From positions 13,071 to 77,070 of the forward strand of contig JAQUPA010000001.1 of assembly GCA_028716825.1 (NCBI GenBank): 64,000 nucleotides of DNA, written 5' to 3'. A program made the position numbers and the translations under genes. The notes below the pieces were generated by a model. It saw only the letters and a list, made by a program, of their open reading frames with translations, ran no database searches and was not told where the DNA came from. This document shows positions 1 to 9,400 of the stretch, piece after piece; within the stretch, counting starts at the first letter, position 1, and each line of letters opens with the position of its first letter. Source of the DNA: Minisyncoccota bacterium. GTDB taxonomy: Bacteria > Patescibacteriota > Minisyncoccia > Minisyncoccales > GCA-002788555.

Positions 1-609
1 TAATATCAGCGCCACTTTTTATCATTTTCCTTGCATCGCTAAAGGTACGAATCGCTCCTGCAGCTTTTATCAAAAGACCAGGAGCTGATTTTTTCATTAT
101 CTTTATGTGTTTTGCTTTCTCCTCCAGCTCAGAATTACCTAACGGATCTTTTTCTGTTGCGGTTTTAACACAAATAGCGCCTGCTTTTTTCACTATTTTT
201 GATGCTATTTCTATCTCCTGGTTTGTTAAATATCCACTTCCTATAATCACTTTTGTAGGAGCAATTTTACAAATTTCTTTCAAGTCTTTTAAAACTTTTC
301 CGTATTTTTCGTATTTTAAATCAACCAAATTCATAACAATATCCACTTCGTCTGTTCCGTCTTTTTTTGCCTTTTTTACCATCTTTATTCTTTCTTTGTG
401 ACTGGAAAGACCAATTGGCGGATCAATTAAAGTAACCACTTTTATTCCTCCCCCTTTTAATTCTTCTTTTGTTGTTTTTGTCCAAGCTAATCTGACACAA
501 AGGCCTCTAAATTTATATTTTATACATTCTTTGCAACTTTTTTTTATATCTTTTTTTGTCGCATTCTCTTTAATATTTGTATGATCAATATATTTCGCAA
601 TATTCATAG
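1..609 (-). CDS. deoC: deoxyribose-phosphate aldolase, C-terminus cut by window edge
   Basis: Reverse-strand translation begins MNIAKYIDHTNIKENATKKDIKKSC... and carries the DeoC C-terminal motif KAAGAIRTFSDARKMIKSGADI (equivalent to KASGGIRT..A..MI.AGA.RIG). The start codon is the complement of 607-609. The + strand ORF 105-401 is its shadow. Confidence 0.85.
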
Positions 610-623
610 ATAGTCTTTTATAG

Positions 624-1742
624 CTAAACTGTTTTTGGCATTAAAATATAAAAATAAGTATTATCTCCAACTGGCCTTATTATAATAGGAGAGGTCGCGT
701 CATTAACACCCACTAAAACTTCACTTGAATTCATAATAGAAAGTCCATCGATAAAATATTTCCAATTGAGATTAATTTCCATTTCTTCTCCTTTAATTTT
801 CCCCTTAAGTTGCGATTGGGATTCTCCAATATTAGAAGAAGAAGCTAAAATAGACAACTTGCTGCTTTTGGGATGAAATTTGAGTTTAATGTCTTGAATT
901 TTACTTGAAAAAAGACCTGCTATTTTAATTTTATTATAAATCTCGTCTTTTTTAAAAATAGATTCTGTTTTAATTTTCTTTGGTATGATTTCTTTATACT
1001 CAGGAAAACTTCCTTCTATTAATCTTGACACAATATTAATTTGTGGATCTTTTTTATTTTTTGGATTAAAATTAAAGCTTATTTGTGATTTATCAACAAT
1101 AATACCAACATCACCCTCATATTCTGAAAATATATATCCAATTTCTATTGTTGTTTTTTGAGGAATAATTACTGAAAAATCTTTAATTTTCCCCGAAAGA
1201 TTAATAGTTTTTTCAGCCAAACGTATACTATCTGTTCCACAAATTATTAATTTATCCTTTTTAAAATTCACTAAAATTCCTGAAATTTCAGTTCTTGTAT
1301 CTAAAGGAGAAACAATATTAGAAACTTTAGAAAAACCAGAGATTAAATCTTTACTTTTTATATTAGTAATGGTTTTTTCTTTAATTTCAGGTAAAACCGG
1401 AAAATCTTTCGGATCTTGGCCTAAAATTTTAGCATTATAATCACCGCACTTTAAATTTACAATAAAATTATCGGTATTAATTTCTACATCTTGTTTTGGT
1501 AGGGAGTTTACAAATTCAGAAAAGATTTTTCCAGGAATTGATATTTTTCCTTTTTCTTTAGAATTTACCGGAATAGTTATCAAAATACCAATTTCAAGAT
1601 TAGTTGAGAAAAATTGTAAATTACCATTTTCAAGAGTTAGTAAAATATTATTTAAAACTGGTAATGTTAAATTTACTCCACAAACTCTAGATGAAATAGA
1701 AACAATTTTTTTAAGTTCTTCAGATGATATTTTAAATTTCAT
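624..1742 (-). CDS. dnaN: DNA polymerase III beta subunit (sliding clamp)
   Basis: 372 aa with a three-domain beta-clamp-like sequence. Sits immediately downstream of dnaA in the canonical dnaA-dnaN order. Confidence 0.85.
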   Translation of the reverse strand: MKFKISSEELKKIVSISSRVCGVNLTLPVLNNILLTLENGNLQFFSTNLEIGILITIPVNSKEKGKISIPGKIFSEFVNSLPKQDVEINTDNFIVNLKCGDYNAKILGQDPKDFPVLPEIKEKTITNIKSKDLISGFSKVSNIVSPLDTRTEISGILVNFKKDKLIICGTDSIRLAEKTINLSGKIKDFSVIIPQKTTIEIGYIFSEYEGDVGIIVDKSQISFNFNPKNKKDPQINIVSRLIEGSFPEYKEIIPKKIKTESIFKKDEIYNKIKIAGLFSSKIQDIKLKFHPKSSKLSILASSSNIGESQSQLKGKIKGEEMEINLNWKYFIDGLSIMNSSEVLVGVNDATSPIIIRPVGDNTYFYILMPKTV

Positions 1743-1912
1743 ATTTTTTATTATTATATTATATTTATTAAATTATTATTACTATTATTATAGTTGGGGA
1801 AAAGTGATAAAACTTATTTTTTTCTTTTAATTTAAACGACTTTTTTTATTTTTTTAAATAAGGATTATTTGTGGAAAAACTACTGAAAAATATTAATTAC
1901 TTTGGGAAAAAA
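1743..1912. promoter_or_regulatory. dnaA-dnaN intergenic region: extreme AT-rich tract (candidate DNA-unwinding element) plus DnaA-box-like TGTGGAAAA
   Basis: Roughly 60 nt of almost pure A/T at 1743-1800, then GTTGGGGAAAAG, TTTGTGGAAAAACT and TTGGGAAAAAA motifs. This resembles a bipartite oriC split between upstream of dnaA and the dnaA-dnaN spacer. Confidence 0.45.
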
Positions 1913-3265
1913 TTAAGTACTATATATCCTTTCTTTTAAAACCTCTATATCTTTGATAAATTCCCCATCTTTTTTAATCTTATCCTCAATTTTTTCACAG
2001 GCGTAGCCAACGGTTGTGTGATCTTTATTTCCTATTTTAACGCCAATTGATGGTAATGATAAATTTATTTCTTCTCTTAAAAGATACATTATTGTTTGTC
2101 TTGGTAATACAACTTCTTTTTTCCTGGTTTTTGATAAGATTTCCCTTTGGGAAATATTATAGAAATCACAAACAGTCTGGATAATTTTATCCGCTGATAA
2201 TTTTTTTCTTGGCTCTAAAATAATATTTTCAAGAGCATTTTTAACCTTTTCAAAACTTCTTTCTTGTTCAAAAATTATCAAAGCCTTAGTTAAAGCCCCT
2301 TCCAATTCCCTTATGTTCTTTTTAATATTTTTGGCTATAAATTCTAAAATTTCCTGAGGTAAAATTCCTCCTCTTTCTTCAATTTTTTCTTCAAGGATAG
2401 CCAATCTTTCTTCATAATCAGGGAAACTTATATCTACTATCATTCCGCCTTCAAATCTTGACCTTAATCTTTCTTCAATATTTTCTATAGAATGAGGAGG
2501 CCTATCGGAAGATAAAATAATTTGTTTATCATTTTCTTTAACGTTATTAAAAACCCTAAAAAACACTTCTTGGGTTCTTTCTTTACCAGCTAAAAATTCA
2601 ATATCATCCACAATAAGAACATCGAAATTACTATACATATCAACAACCTTTTCTATGCCTTGGTTCCTTATCGCATTTATGATTTGGCTTGTAAAATTCG
2701 GGCAAGGAATATACTTTACTTTTTTCTTTTTTCTTTCATTGATAGTTTCATTCCCTATTGCTTCTAAAATATGAGTTTTGCCAAGCCCTACCCCGCTGTA
2801 AATAAATAAAGGATTTATAGATCCTGCTTTTTTTAAAATAGACAAGGCGCAGGCATGGGCTAATTGGTTAAATTGGCCGACAATAAAATTTTGGAAAGTA
2901 TATTTTGGGTTAAGACCCGAGATTCTGTTTTGATAAAATTCTATTTGGGGTTGTGAAATATCATCAATAAGAGTTTGAGTTTTATTATTTTTAGATCTTC
3001 GGAGGTCTAAGTGCCCCGAAGATTTTGATATAACATATTTAATGTTTTGTATGTCGGGAGAAAAATTTTGGAAAGTTTTAAGTAAGTCTTTTTCAAATTT
3101 ATTATGAAGCCATTCTTTGACAAAAATATTTGGGACAGCAATAGTAACTTGATTATCTTTTTGTTGTTTTATATCAACATCCCGAAACCAGGTTATTAAG
3201 TTGGTTTTTGAAAATTTTCGTTCAAGCGAATTAATAACAGAGTGCCACAAGTGTTGGTTGTCCAT
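1913..3265 (-). CDS. dnaA: chromosomal replication initiator DnaA
   Basis: 450 aa. Walker A GVGLGKTHIL, an AAA+ core and a C-terminal DNA-binding domain (VGYACEKI). Divergent from rpmH. Confidence 0.95.
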   Translation of the reverse strand: MDNQHLWHSVINSLERKFSKTNLITWFRDVDIKQQKDNQVTIAVPNIFVKEWLHNKFEKDLLKTFQNFSPDIQNIKYVISKSSGHLDLRRSKNNKTQTLIDDISQPQIEFYQNRISGLNPKYTFQNFIVGQFNQLAHACALSILKKAGSINPLFIYSGVGLGKTHILEAIGNETINERKKKKVKYIPCPNFTSQIINAIRNQGIEKVVDMYSNFDVLIVDDIEFLAGKERTQEVFFRVFNNVKENDKQIILSSDRPPHSIENIEERLRSRFEGGMIVDISFPDYEERLAILEEKIEERGGILPQEILEFIAKNIKKNIRELEGALTKALIIFEQERSFEKVKNALENIILEPRKKLSADKIIQTVCDFYNISQREILSKTRKKEVVLPRQTIMYLLREEINLSLPSIGVKIGNKDHTTVGYACEKIEDKIKKDGEFIKDIEVLKERIYST

Positions 3266-3517
3266 GGCTTTTTGTGTTTAAATTTAATTAAAGAAAATCG
3301 AGAGTTAATTTTAATTTTTCCCCAAAAATTAGTCAAGGTAAAAAGATGGGGAAAACTTGTGGAAATTGGGGATATTTTATTTAATCTAAAATTATAAAGA
3401 AGAAGAAACAAATTGCAAGTTTTGTATTTATAATTTTGACATTTACAAGAGAAAAAGATATACTAAAAAAGTTAAAATTCAAAAAAAAGATAAAATAAAA
3501 ACATTTAAATCGTTCTT
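3266..3517. promoter_or_regulatory. dnaA upstream region / candidate oriC half carrying the dnaA and rpmH promoters
   Basis: AT-rich. Contains the inverted repeat TTTTCCCCA...TGGGGAAAA (3318-3356) and CTTGTGGAAAT (a DnaA-box-like 9-mer). Lies between the divergent dnaA and rpmH genes. Confidence 0.4.
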
Positions 3518-3652
3518 ATGAGCATAACTTATCAACCCAAAAATAAAAAAAGAAAAAAGACGCACGGTTTTAGAAAGAGATCAAAAACAAAGCCAGGCAA
3601 GAAAGTTTTAAAAAGAAGACGAGCAAAAAAAAGAAAAAAATTAACTCATTAA
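3518..3652 (+). CDS. rpmH: 50S ribosomal protein L34
   Basis: Translates to [44 protein letters not shown], which matches the L34 consensus (KRT.QPS...R..THGFR.R). It is absent from the ORF track because it is under 60 aa. Confidence 0.9.
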   Translation: MSITYQPKNKKRKKTHGFRKRSKTKPGKKVLKRRRAKKRKKLTH

Positions 3653-3653
3653 A

Positions 3654-3992
3654 ATGCTCCCTTCTAAGAATCGTCTAAATAAAAAAGAAGTTGAAACCAT
3701 ATTTAAAAAAGGGGAAAGTTTTAAATCAGATTTTTTGCTTTTAAAGATTTCCAAGAGCAAAAAACAATCCCCTCTTCGCTTTTCGGTTATAGTGCCAATT
3801 AAAGTATCAAAGAAAAGCACAGAAAGAAACAAAATAAAACGTCGGATAAGAGAAAGCTTAAGAAAAAAAATTAAAAACACTAAAGAAGTAGATGGAATTA
3901 TAATGGCTTTTCCAGAGATATTAGGTAAGCCTTACCAAGAAATCGATGAAGAACTAGACAAGTTGTTAAAAGCCAGTAATCTTTTGTTATGA
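3654..3992 (+). CDS. rnpA: ribonuclease P protein component
   Basis: 112 aa, basic, beginning LPSKNRLNKKEVETIFKKGESF, directly after rpmH (the conserved rpmH-rnpA-yidC order). Confidence 0.85.
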   Translation: MLPSKNRLNKKEVETIFKKGESFKSDFLLLKISKSKKQSPLRFSVIVPIKVSKKSTERNKIKRRIRESLRKKIKNTKEVDGIIMAFPEILGKPYQEIDEELDKLLKASNLLL

Positions 3993-4046
3993 GACAAACA
4001 GATGATTAAATAAGGAATAATTTTAATTTATAATTTTTAGATAACT

Positions 4047-4811
4047 TTGAATATGAACCCTCTAACTTTTATTTTTCAGAAAGTTCTCTATCAGCCATTT
4101 TTGAATATATTGGTTGTTTTTTACAACCTTCCAATGATTGATTTTGGGCTGGCTATAATTTTATTAACGATTTTAGTAAAGGCAGCGACTTGGAGACTTG
4201 ATACACATGCTATTTTAAAGCAAAGGGAGGCTCAAATAAAAGGAGCAGAAGTTCAGGAAGAGATGAAAGAACTTCAGGAAAAATACAAAGATGATCCGAT
4301 GAAACAAAGCGAAGAGATTAGAAAACTTTGGAAAGAAAAGAAGTTTAATCCTTTCTCAAGTTTCGCACCGATGATAGTACAAATAGTTATTTTGATTGCT
4401 CTTTTCCAGATTTTAAGAACAAATATTGGCCCTGAGCAGTTAAAGTTACTTTATCCATTTGTAAAAAACCCAGGAGAGATTAATCCTATGTTTTTGGGAA
4501 TTATAAACTTAGCAAAGGCAAGCCCTGTTTTGGCCGTATTAACCGGCGTTGTGCAGTTTATTTATTCAAAGCTTACTTTTTCCATGCAAAAAAAATATAA
4601 GCCAAAAACAAAGAAGAAAGATAAGAAAAAGAAAGAAGGCACTTTCCAAAAAGTAATGCAGAATCAAATGATTTATTTTTTGCCAATATTTACTGTGATT
4701 ATTTGTCTTACCTTGCCTGCGGCGTTACCTCTTTATTGGTCTTTATCTACTGCGGTTGGTATTTTACAAACAAAAATTGTTTATCGCAAAATAGAAGCCG
4801 AAAACAAATAA
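4047..4811 (+). CDS. yidC: membrane protein insertase YidC (short Gram-positive/CPR form)
   Basis: 254 aa with several TM helices, a charged coiled region and a Lys-rich tail. Position after rnpA. Confidence 0.85.
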   Translation: MNMNPLTFIFQKVLYQPFLNILVVFYNLPMIDFGLAIILLTILVKAATWRLDTHAILKQREAQIKGAEVQEEMKELQEKYKDDPMKQSEEIRKLWKEKKFNPFSSFAPMIVQIVILIALFQILRTNIGPEQLKLLYPFVKNPGEINPMFLGIINLAKASPVLAVLTGVVQFIYSKLTFSMQKKYKPKTKKKDKKKKEGTFQKVMQNQMIYFLPIFTVIICLTLPAALPLYWSLSTAVGILQTKIVYRKIEAENK

Positions 4812-4937
4812 CTCTTGATTTTTTTTGTATATATTGTATACTATTTATAGTTTGAGTATTTTGTTTGCTCTTTAAAAAATAAAATCCTTTTGGATTTTAA
4901 TTATAAATATATACGATCCTATGGGGAGGTGTCGAAG

Positions 4938-5288
4938 ATGAAGATGTTTGTTTTGATCTTCGTTTGCGTCCTGATAGCTGTAGCAGCTATATTCGTGGCA
5001 GGCTGTGGGACGAAAACCTACTACGACAAGGGAGGGAAAGAAGTTCCTCCGCCGGTAAAGCCCACTGAAGACGACATACTAAAGGCCATTGACAAGTATG
5101 CCGAGAAGTCAGGTGACTCCTATCAAGTGGTGGACATAAGCGTAGAATGGGGAGACTATTCTCATCAATACACCGCTTACGTGACGGTAGATGCGTGGAT
5201 TCCAGAAGAAGGAGTTTTCCGCACACAAACAATGATCATAGATTACAATGGCCAGTACTGGTATGTAGAAGGATGTGGCAATATATAA
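4938..5288 (+). CDS. small lipoprotein (hypothetical); gene is high-GC relative to neighbours
   Basis: Signal peptide plus lipobox (IFVAGCG). RBS GGGGAGGTG lies before ATG 4938. Local GC is about 50% against about 30% for the flanks. Confidence 0.6.
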   Translation: MKMFVLIFVCVLIAVAAIFVAGCGTKTYYDKGGKEVPPPVKPTEDDILKAIDKYAEKSGDSYQVVDISVEWGDYSHQYTAYVTVDAWIPEEGVFRTQTMIIDYNGQYWYVEGCGNI

Positions 5289-5298
5289 GGAGGTGTAT

Positions 5299-5328
5299 GA
5301 GGCGACGAAAGTCGCCTCATTGCTTTTT
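5299..5328 (+). terminator. rho-independent terminator
   Basis: Perfect hairpin GAGGCGACGAAAGTCGCCTC followed by ATTGCTTTTT. Confidence 0.8.
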
Positions 5329-5352
5329 AATAAAGAAGTAGGTATTAAAAAT

Positions 5353-6348
5353 TTAAAAGGCGTTCATAATAACTCCCACTTCTTCTTCCCATTTTGAATT
5401 TCCATTTTTACATTCATAAGTTATTTGGCCACCATCAGAGAGAGTTACTGGTGGATTTTCTCCGAGGTCCCGTTCATAACCACACCACCTTAATCTAAAT
5501 TCTTTTATGCCAGTTAATCTCTTATACATTTCAGTTCCAGCGTTTTTTGTACACGCCCTTATTCCTTCTTCCCAGGAGCCATATCTTTTGCAAGGGAGAC
5601 AGGCTATGCCACAAGGATTATTTGTTCCATAAAGCCCATTGCCCGACTGTAGATTTTGAAGGCCCATACTAGTTTCAGCGTTAGCAATGCCAAGCATAAA
5701 AGTTGGGTTAACGCCGTATTCTTTGCCCGTTTCAACATAGACATTCCCCTTTCCTATTAATGGGCTTTTAGGAAAGTTTGTTTTTAGATAATTTTCAATT
5801 TCCTCAGTCGTGGCTGCATTTGTGTCCCAAATATCAGAAGAGTTCCCACTACTGCTTGAGGGGCTTCCAGAAGAAGGATAATATTTAGACATATATTCTT
5901 CCACCATTTCTTTTAAAGAAGGCCCTTCGTAAACATACTCTTTAACGTTTAGGTCTTTTAATGTTAAAAGATTTGGGTTAATTAGCGCTAAAATTGAAGC
6001 TGAAAACAATATAATTATAAGCCCTAAGATCGCATTTAATACTTGCTCCCTTCCCTTTTCTAGCTTTGTAGGATTTCCAGAAGATGTCATTAATCGAAGC
6101 CCTCCGATTATTAACATTAACATTGCTAAGGCTCCTGCGCTAACTACGGCAAATCTATAAATATAGACAATATAATCAGGAAGAGTAGTTGTTGGGGCCT
6201 TGCCAAAAGCTTCTGGGTACTCAACTTCTGGCTCTATTTGAGCATAGGTTGTTTTAGGAGAGGCTAATTCCAAGAAAGATATAATCGCGATTAAAATCAA
6301 AAAAAAGGTAAAAGTTTTAGTAACTTTTTTGTATATAGATTTTCGCAT
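5353..6348 (-). CDS. VirB2/TrbC-type pilin module fused to a peptidoglycan-hydrolase-like (glucosaminidase/lysozyme-like) domain
   Basis: Signal peptide, then two closely spaced TM helices (YRFAVVSAGALAMLMLIIGGLRL...ILGLIIILFSASILALINPNL), the VirB2/TrbC topology. A Ser-rich linker follows. The C-terminal domain contains GVNPTFMLGIANAETSMG (resembles the glucosaminidase motif) and 6 Cys. Confidence 0.55.
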   Translation of the reverse strand: MRKSIYKKVTKTFTFFLILIAIISFLELASPKTTYAQIEPEVEYPEAFGKAPTTTLPDYIVYIYRFAVVSAGALAMLMLIIGGLRLMTSSGNPTKLEKGREQVLNAILGLIIILFSASILALINPNLLTLKDLNVKEYVYEGPSLKEMVEEYMSKYYPSSGSPSSSSGNSSDIWDTNAATTEEIENYLKTNFPKSPLIGKGNVYVETGKEYGVNPTFMLGIANAETSMGLQNLQSGNGLYGTNNPCGIACLPCKRYGSWEEGIRACTKNAGTEMYKRLTGIKEFRLRWCGYERDLGENPPVTLSDGGQITYECKNGNSKWEEEVGVIMNAF

Positions 6349-6352
6349 TATT

Positions 6353-7540
6353 TTATTTAATACAGGTACATCTTGGCATTATGTCAAGGTGGTCTGGTGC
6401 CGTATAGTAGCCTTTTTCGTATGCATACTCTGCTTCGCAAGCAGAAGTATACCCAAATTTATATCCCTCTAATCTTTTGCAATAATCCATGCAAAAATCA
6501 TGGTTTCCGCTTCTGCATTCAGGAATATTTTCTAAATTATTCTGTCCTTTAAAATAAGCAGCTGTGGTGCCGTCATTCTTACATAGACAAAAAGCAGGGT
6601 TTTTGCCCGAAGCGCTTAATTGAAAAGTTTGCACTGAGCTGAACGAATCTTCATGGGCCTGATAGCAGCTGCAAGCGACTGGATCTCCTCCATCTACATG
6701 ATTAAGTTTGGTACATTCAGAAGGAAGCCCACCTAATGCTCTGTCTTTTGGCGCTATTACTCCGTATACATTTTTATTATCTTTATGGTATTTTTGACAG
6801 AGACCCATGCAAAAGTTACCACAACTATTTGAAAGTCCTCCTTCCCTACCCTGACACTCACAGGTTTCTAAAGGTAGTCCTTCTGTACATTTAAAGTTTT
6901 TAAATTCGTCTGCATCAGGAGGACTACAGAGTGCACGAGTTAATAATTTTGCATATGCGCCTGAACTATTAACAGGAAGATCAAAAGAATTCCCCATACT
7001 TCCTAATTTTCCGAGCATTATTGAATTTGCGATAGCAATACCATTCGCAGTATAGATAAAATTCCCAGCCATTAAATCTTTTTTTATTTTATCTTCTTCG
7101 CCAGCATTACTTAATGTAGGTTCTTTTATGACTACATCTTTCAATCTTACAAGATCCGGGTTGATTGTTCTTAGGACAATATAAATACTAAAAAGAGCAA
7201 GTAGGCCTATAATTGAACGTGTTATTTTATCTCTTGCCGCAGCCTTGAGCTGGGGATTGGCAGCTGCGCCTGACCATTCTATACCGCCGATTATTATCAT
7301 AATTACTGCTAAAAAAGCGCCAACCCAAAAAGAAAATTGATAAACATACTTTATATATTCTGGTAGATTTGGTTCAGGCGGATTCCATGGATAAGTTACC
7401 TCCCAGCCTCCCCAATCTGCTGCAAAAGATAAATTAAAAATAAAAAACAGTGCAAAAACAAAAAGAATAGATAAGGCAAAAATGATTTTATTTCTCTTTT
7501 TCATATTTTTTATTTTATCCCCTATTTTGTTGGAACGCAA
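6353..7540 (-). CDS. VirB2/TrbC-type pilin module fused to a Cys-rich extracytoplasmic domain (paralog of 5353-6348)
   Basis: Same N-terminal architecture (signal peptide, then YQFSFWVGAFLAVIMIIIGGIEW...IIGLLALFSIYIVLRTINPDL). The ~200 aa C-terminal domain has 18 Cys, including CEC, CSC, CLC and CTC pairs. Confidence 0.55.
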   Translation of the reverse strand: MRSNKIGDKIKNMKKRNKIIFALSILFVFALFFIFNLSFAADWGGWEVTYPWNPPEPNLPEYIKYVYQFSFWVGAFLAVIMIIIGGIEWSGAAANPQLKAAARDKITRSIIGLLALFSIYIVLRTINPDLVRLKDVVIKEPTLSNAGEEDKIKKDLMAGNFIYTANGIAIANSIMLGKLGSMGNSFDLPVNSSGAYAKLLTRALCSPPDADEFKNFKCTEGLPLETCECQGREGGLSNSCGNFCMGLCQKYHKDNKNVYGVIAPKDRALGGLPSECTKLNHVDGGDPVACSCYQAHEDSFSSVQTFQLSASGKNPAFCLCKNDGTTAAYFKGQNNLENIPECRSGNHDFCMDYCKRLEGYKFGYTSACEAEYAYEKGYYTAPDHLDIMPRCTCIK

Positions 7541-8172
7541 GAAGCATTGCCTTTATCTCCTTGGTACCAAATAATTTTTGTGCTTTTTATGTCAACATTA
7601 TTTGTTTCTAAATAATTAAGGGCTCTTTTTTTGGCCTGTTTGCAGTCTTTTGAATTAATTATAATTGCAAAAGCGTTTTTATCTTCTAAGAAAGTTAAGT
7701 CAAAATATTGGCTAAAAAAAGGGATTTTATTTTCCATTTTAAGCATTAAAGCAGAATCTTGTTTTAAGGAAGCTTCTGTTTCTTTTCCTGTTTTAAAATT
7801 AATAACAAACGGTAGCCCCTTGAGGGGCGGATTTTTTTGGTTTTTTGTATTTAGAGTTATCTTGTAATTCTTGTTTTCCTCAAGAAAATTTATTGGTTCT
7901 ATTTTTAATGTTTTGTTTTCAATAGATGTTTTAAATTCAAAGACAGGAGATGTTTCTATTACAATTCCCTTCATGCTTTTTATTTGCGAATTAAAATATA
8001 TAAAAACATTTTTATCTATCGGGGCATCGTTGCTGTTATTTGAGGGAGAGCTGTATAATATAGAAGTTTTTGTTTCTTTTGTGAAGGAAGTTCCGCCTAG
8101 CAACCAGAACATCACCACAAAAAATAATATAATAGTAAAAATTCCTAAAAAAATTAATAATTTTGTTTTCAT
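7522..8172 (-). CDS. secreted/membrane-anchored hypothetical protein (T4SS island)
   Basis: N-terminal TM/signal, no recognisable domain. Its 3' end overlaps the next gene's start, suggesting translational coupling. Confidence 0.5.
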   Translation of the reverse strand: MKTKLLIFLGIFTIILFFVVMFWLLGGTSFTKETKTSILYSSPSNNSNDAPIDKNVFIYFNSQIKSMKGIVIETSPVFEFKTSIENKTLKIEPINFLEENKNYKITLNTKNQKNPPLKGLPFVINFKTGKETEASLKQDSALMLKMENKIPFFSQYFDLTFLEDKNAFAIIINSKDCKQAKKRALNYLETNNVDIKSTKIIWYQGDKGNASCVPTK

Positions 8173-8867
8173 CTTTCTTTTTCGTTTTTAATAATAAAAT
8201 TTGCGGCTTCCAGAATTGTATTTTCCGGAGCATTAGAACTTATTAAATAATAATAAGTTTTTTCATCTCTTTTTGCGTAGCCAAGATAAATAGTGTACGA
8301 ATATTCTATATCTCTAGTAGACTCATCTATTTGGTTATACTTAAATAAAATCGCCTTTTTACCATTTATAAGGGTTTTTTCCTCTAGTTGATTCTTGGGT
8401 AGATAAAAATTATTTTCTAAAAAATAAGGCTTAATTATTGTGCCTTCTATTAAAATAGTTTTTTTGTCTTTATTAAGAACAATAAGCCCATGATCTGAAT
8501 ATGATTTTCCTCCTTTCTTTATAAACTTTGTATTTTTTTCTGATAAGCTTTCGTTATTAACATCGTAATAAATTTCTATTTTTTCAGGAGTTTTTTCTCC
8601 TCGCCATAAATTAACCTTAAAAAGTTTATATTCTTTCGGCAGTTTTATAGGATATTTTATAGGCAGATCTGTTAAATTTTGTGCTTTTTTAAAAATATTT
8701 ATATATTTTTCTTCTGAATTTAATGGATCAAGTCCGTCTTTAAATGATTGAGTAAAAATTAAACCTTCTGGCGCTTTTTCTTTTTTATAGAAAAAAGAAA
8801 AAGACAAGATACTTAATATTATTAAAATTAATCCTGTGATAATAAAAATCTTCTTTTTTATTTGCAT
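8169..8867 (-). CDS. secreted/membrane-anchored hypothetical protein (T4SS island)
   Basis: N-terminal TM helix. Overlapping start/stop with neighbours. Confidence 0.5.
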   Translation of the reverse strand: MQIKKKIFIITGLILIILSILSFSFFYKKEKAPEGLIFTQSFKDGLDPLNSEEKYINIFKKAQNLTDLPIKYPIKLPKEYKLFKVNLWRGEKTPEKIEIYYDVNNESLSEKNTKFIKKGGKSYSDHGLIVLNKDKKTILIEGTIIKPYFLENNFYLPKNQLEEKTLINGKKAILFKYNQIDESTRDIEYSYTIYLGYAKRDEKTYYYLISSNAPENTILEAANFIIKNEKER

Positions 8868-9388
8868 GTTTTACAATTAGAAACATTAGCAGGGCTATTT
8901 TCTTCAATGCTTATGTTTTTTGGGTCTTCTGGTTGCCACTCTATGTCTAATTTTTTATAGTCAACCCCTTTTGACTTTATCCATTCCAATGCTTCTATTT
9001 TATACTGAGCATAATCTTCTTTATAGTTTTCAAATTGGTCAGCGTCGTTTAAATAGGCGTGGAGTTTTATTTTATATGATGCTTTATTTTTGCCACTGAG
9101 ATAATATTTAATTTCAAAATGGTCATTATAATACGGTAAGTATTTAGTTAATGGATTTTTGCTATAAAAATTTTCTAATTGCTTGTCTGCTTTTTTATAA
9201 TTTACTTCTGATTCTGTGTTTTCTTCGGGGTTTGTGGTTTTCTCGTTTGTGTCTCCCGTGCTTTGTTTTTTTTCTCCAATACCCCCTTGATTTATAAAGA
9301 ATATAGCGAAAAGTGCAATGATTATAATTAATGCAAGAATTGCAAATAAGAAAGAGATTGTTTGTTTACGTGTATTAAATATGCTCAT
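8858..9388 (-). CDS. membrane-anchored hypothetical protein (T4SS island)
   Basis: N-terminal TM helix and a charged extracellular region. Overlaps the upstream gene. Confidence 0.5.
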   Translation of the reverse strand: MSIFNTRKQTISFLFAILALIIIIALFAIFFINQGGIGEKKQSTGDTNEKTTNPEENTESEVNYKKADKQLENFYSKNPLTKYLPYYNDHFEIKYYLSGKNKASYKIKLHAYLNDADQFENYKEDYAQYKIEALEWIKSKGVDYKKLDIEWQPEDPKNISIEENSPANVSNCKTCK

Positions 9389-9400
9389 GTTTTAATTCTT

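Noticed and set aside
105-401. 98-aa + strand ORF
   Set aside because: It lies antisense within deoC, which is clearly encoded on the minus strand, and has low-complexity Ser/Phe-rich composition.
3196-3880. ORFs 3196-3411 (-) and 3641-3880 (-)
   Set aside because: They overlap the dnaA start and oriC region, or lie antisense to rnpA. They are low-complexity.
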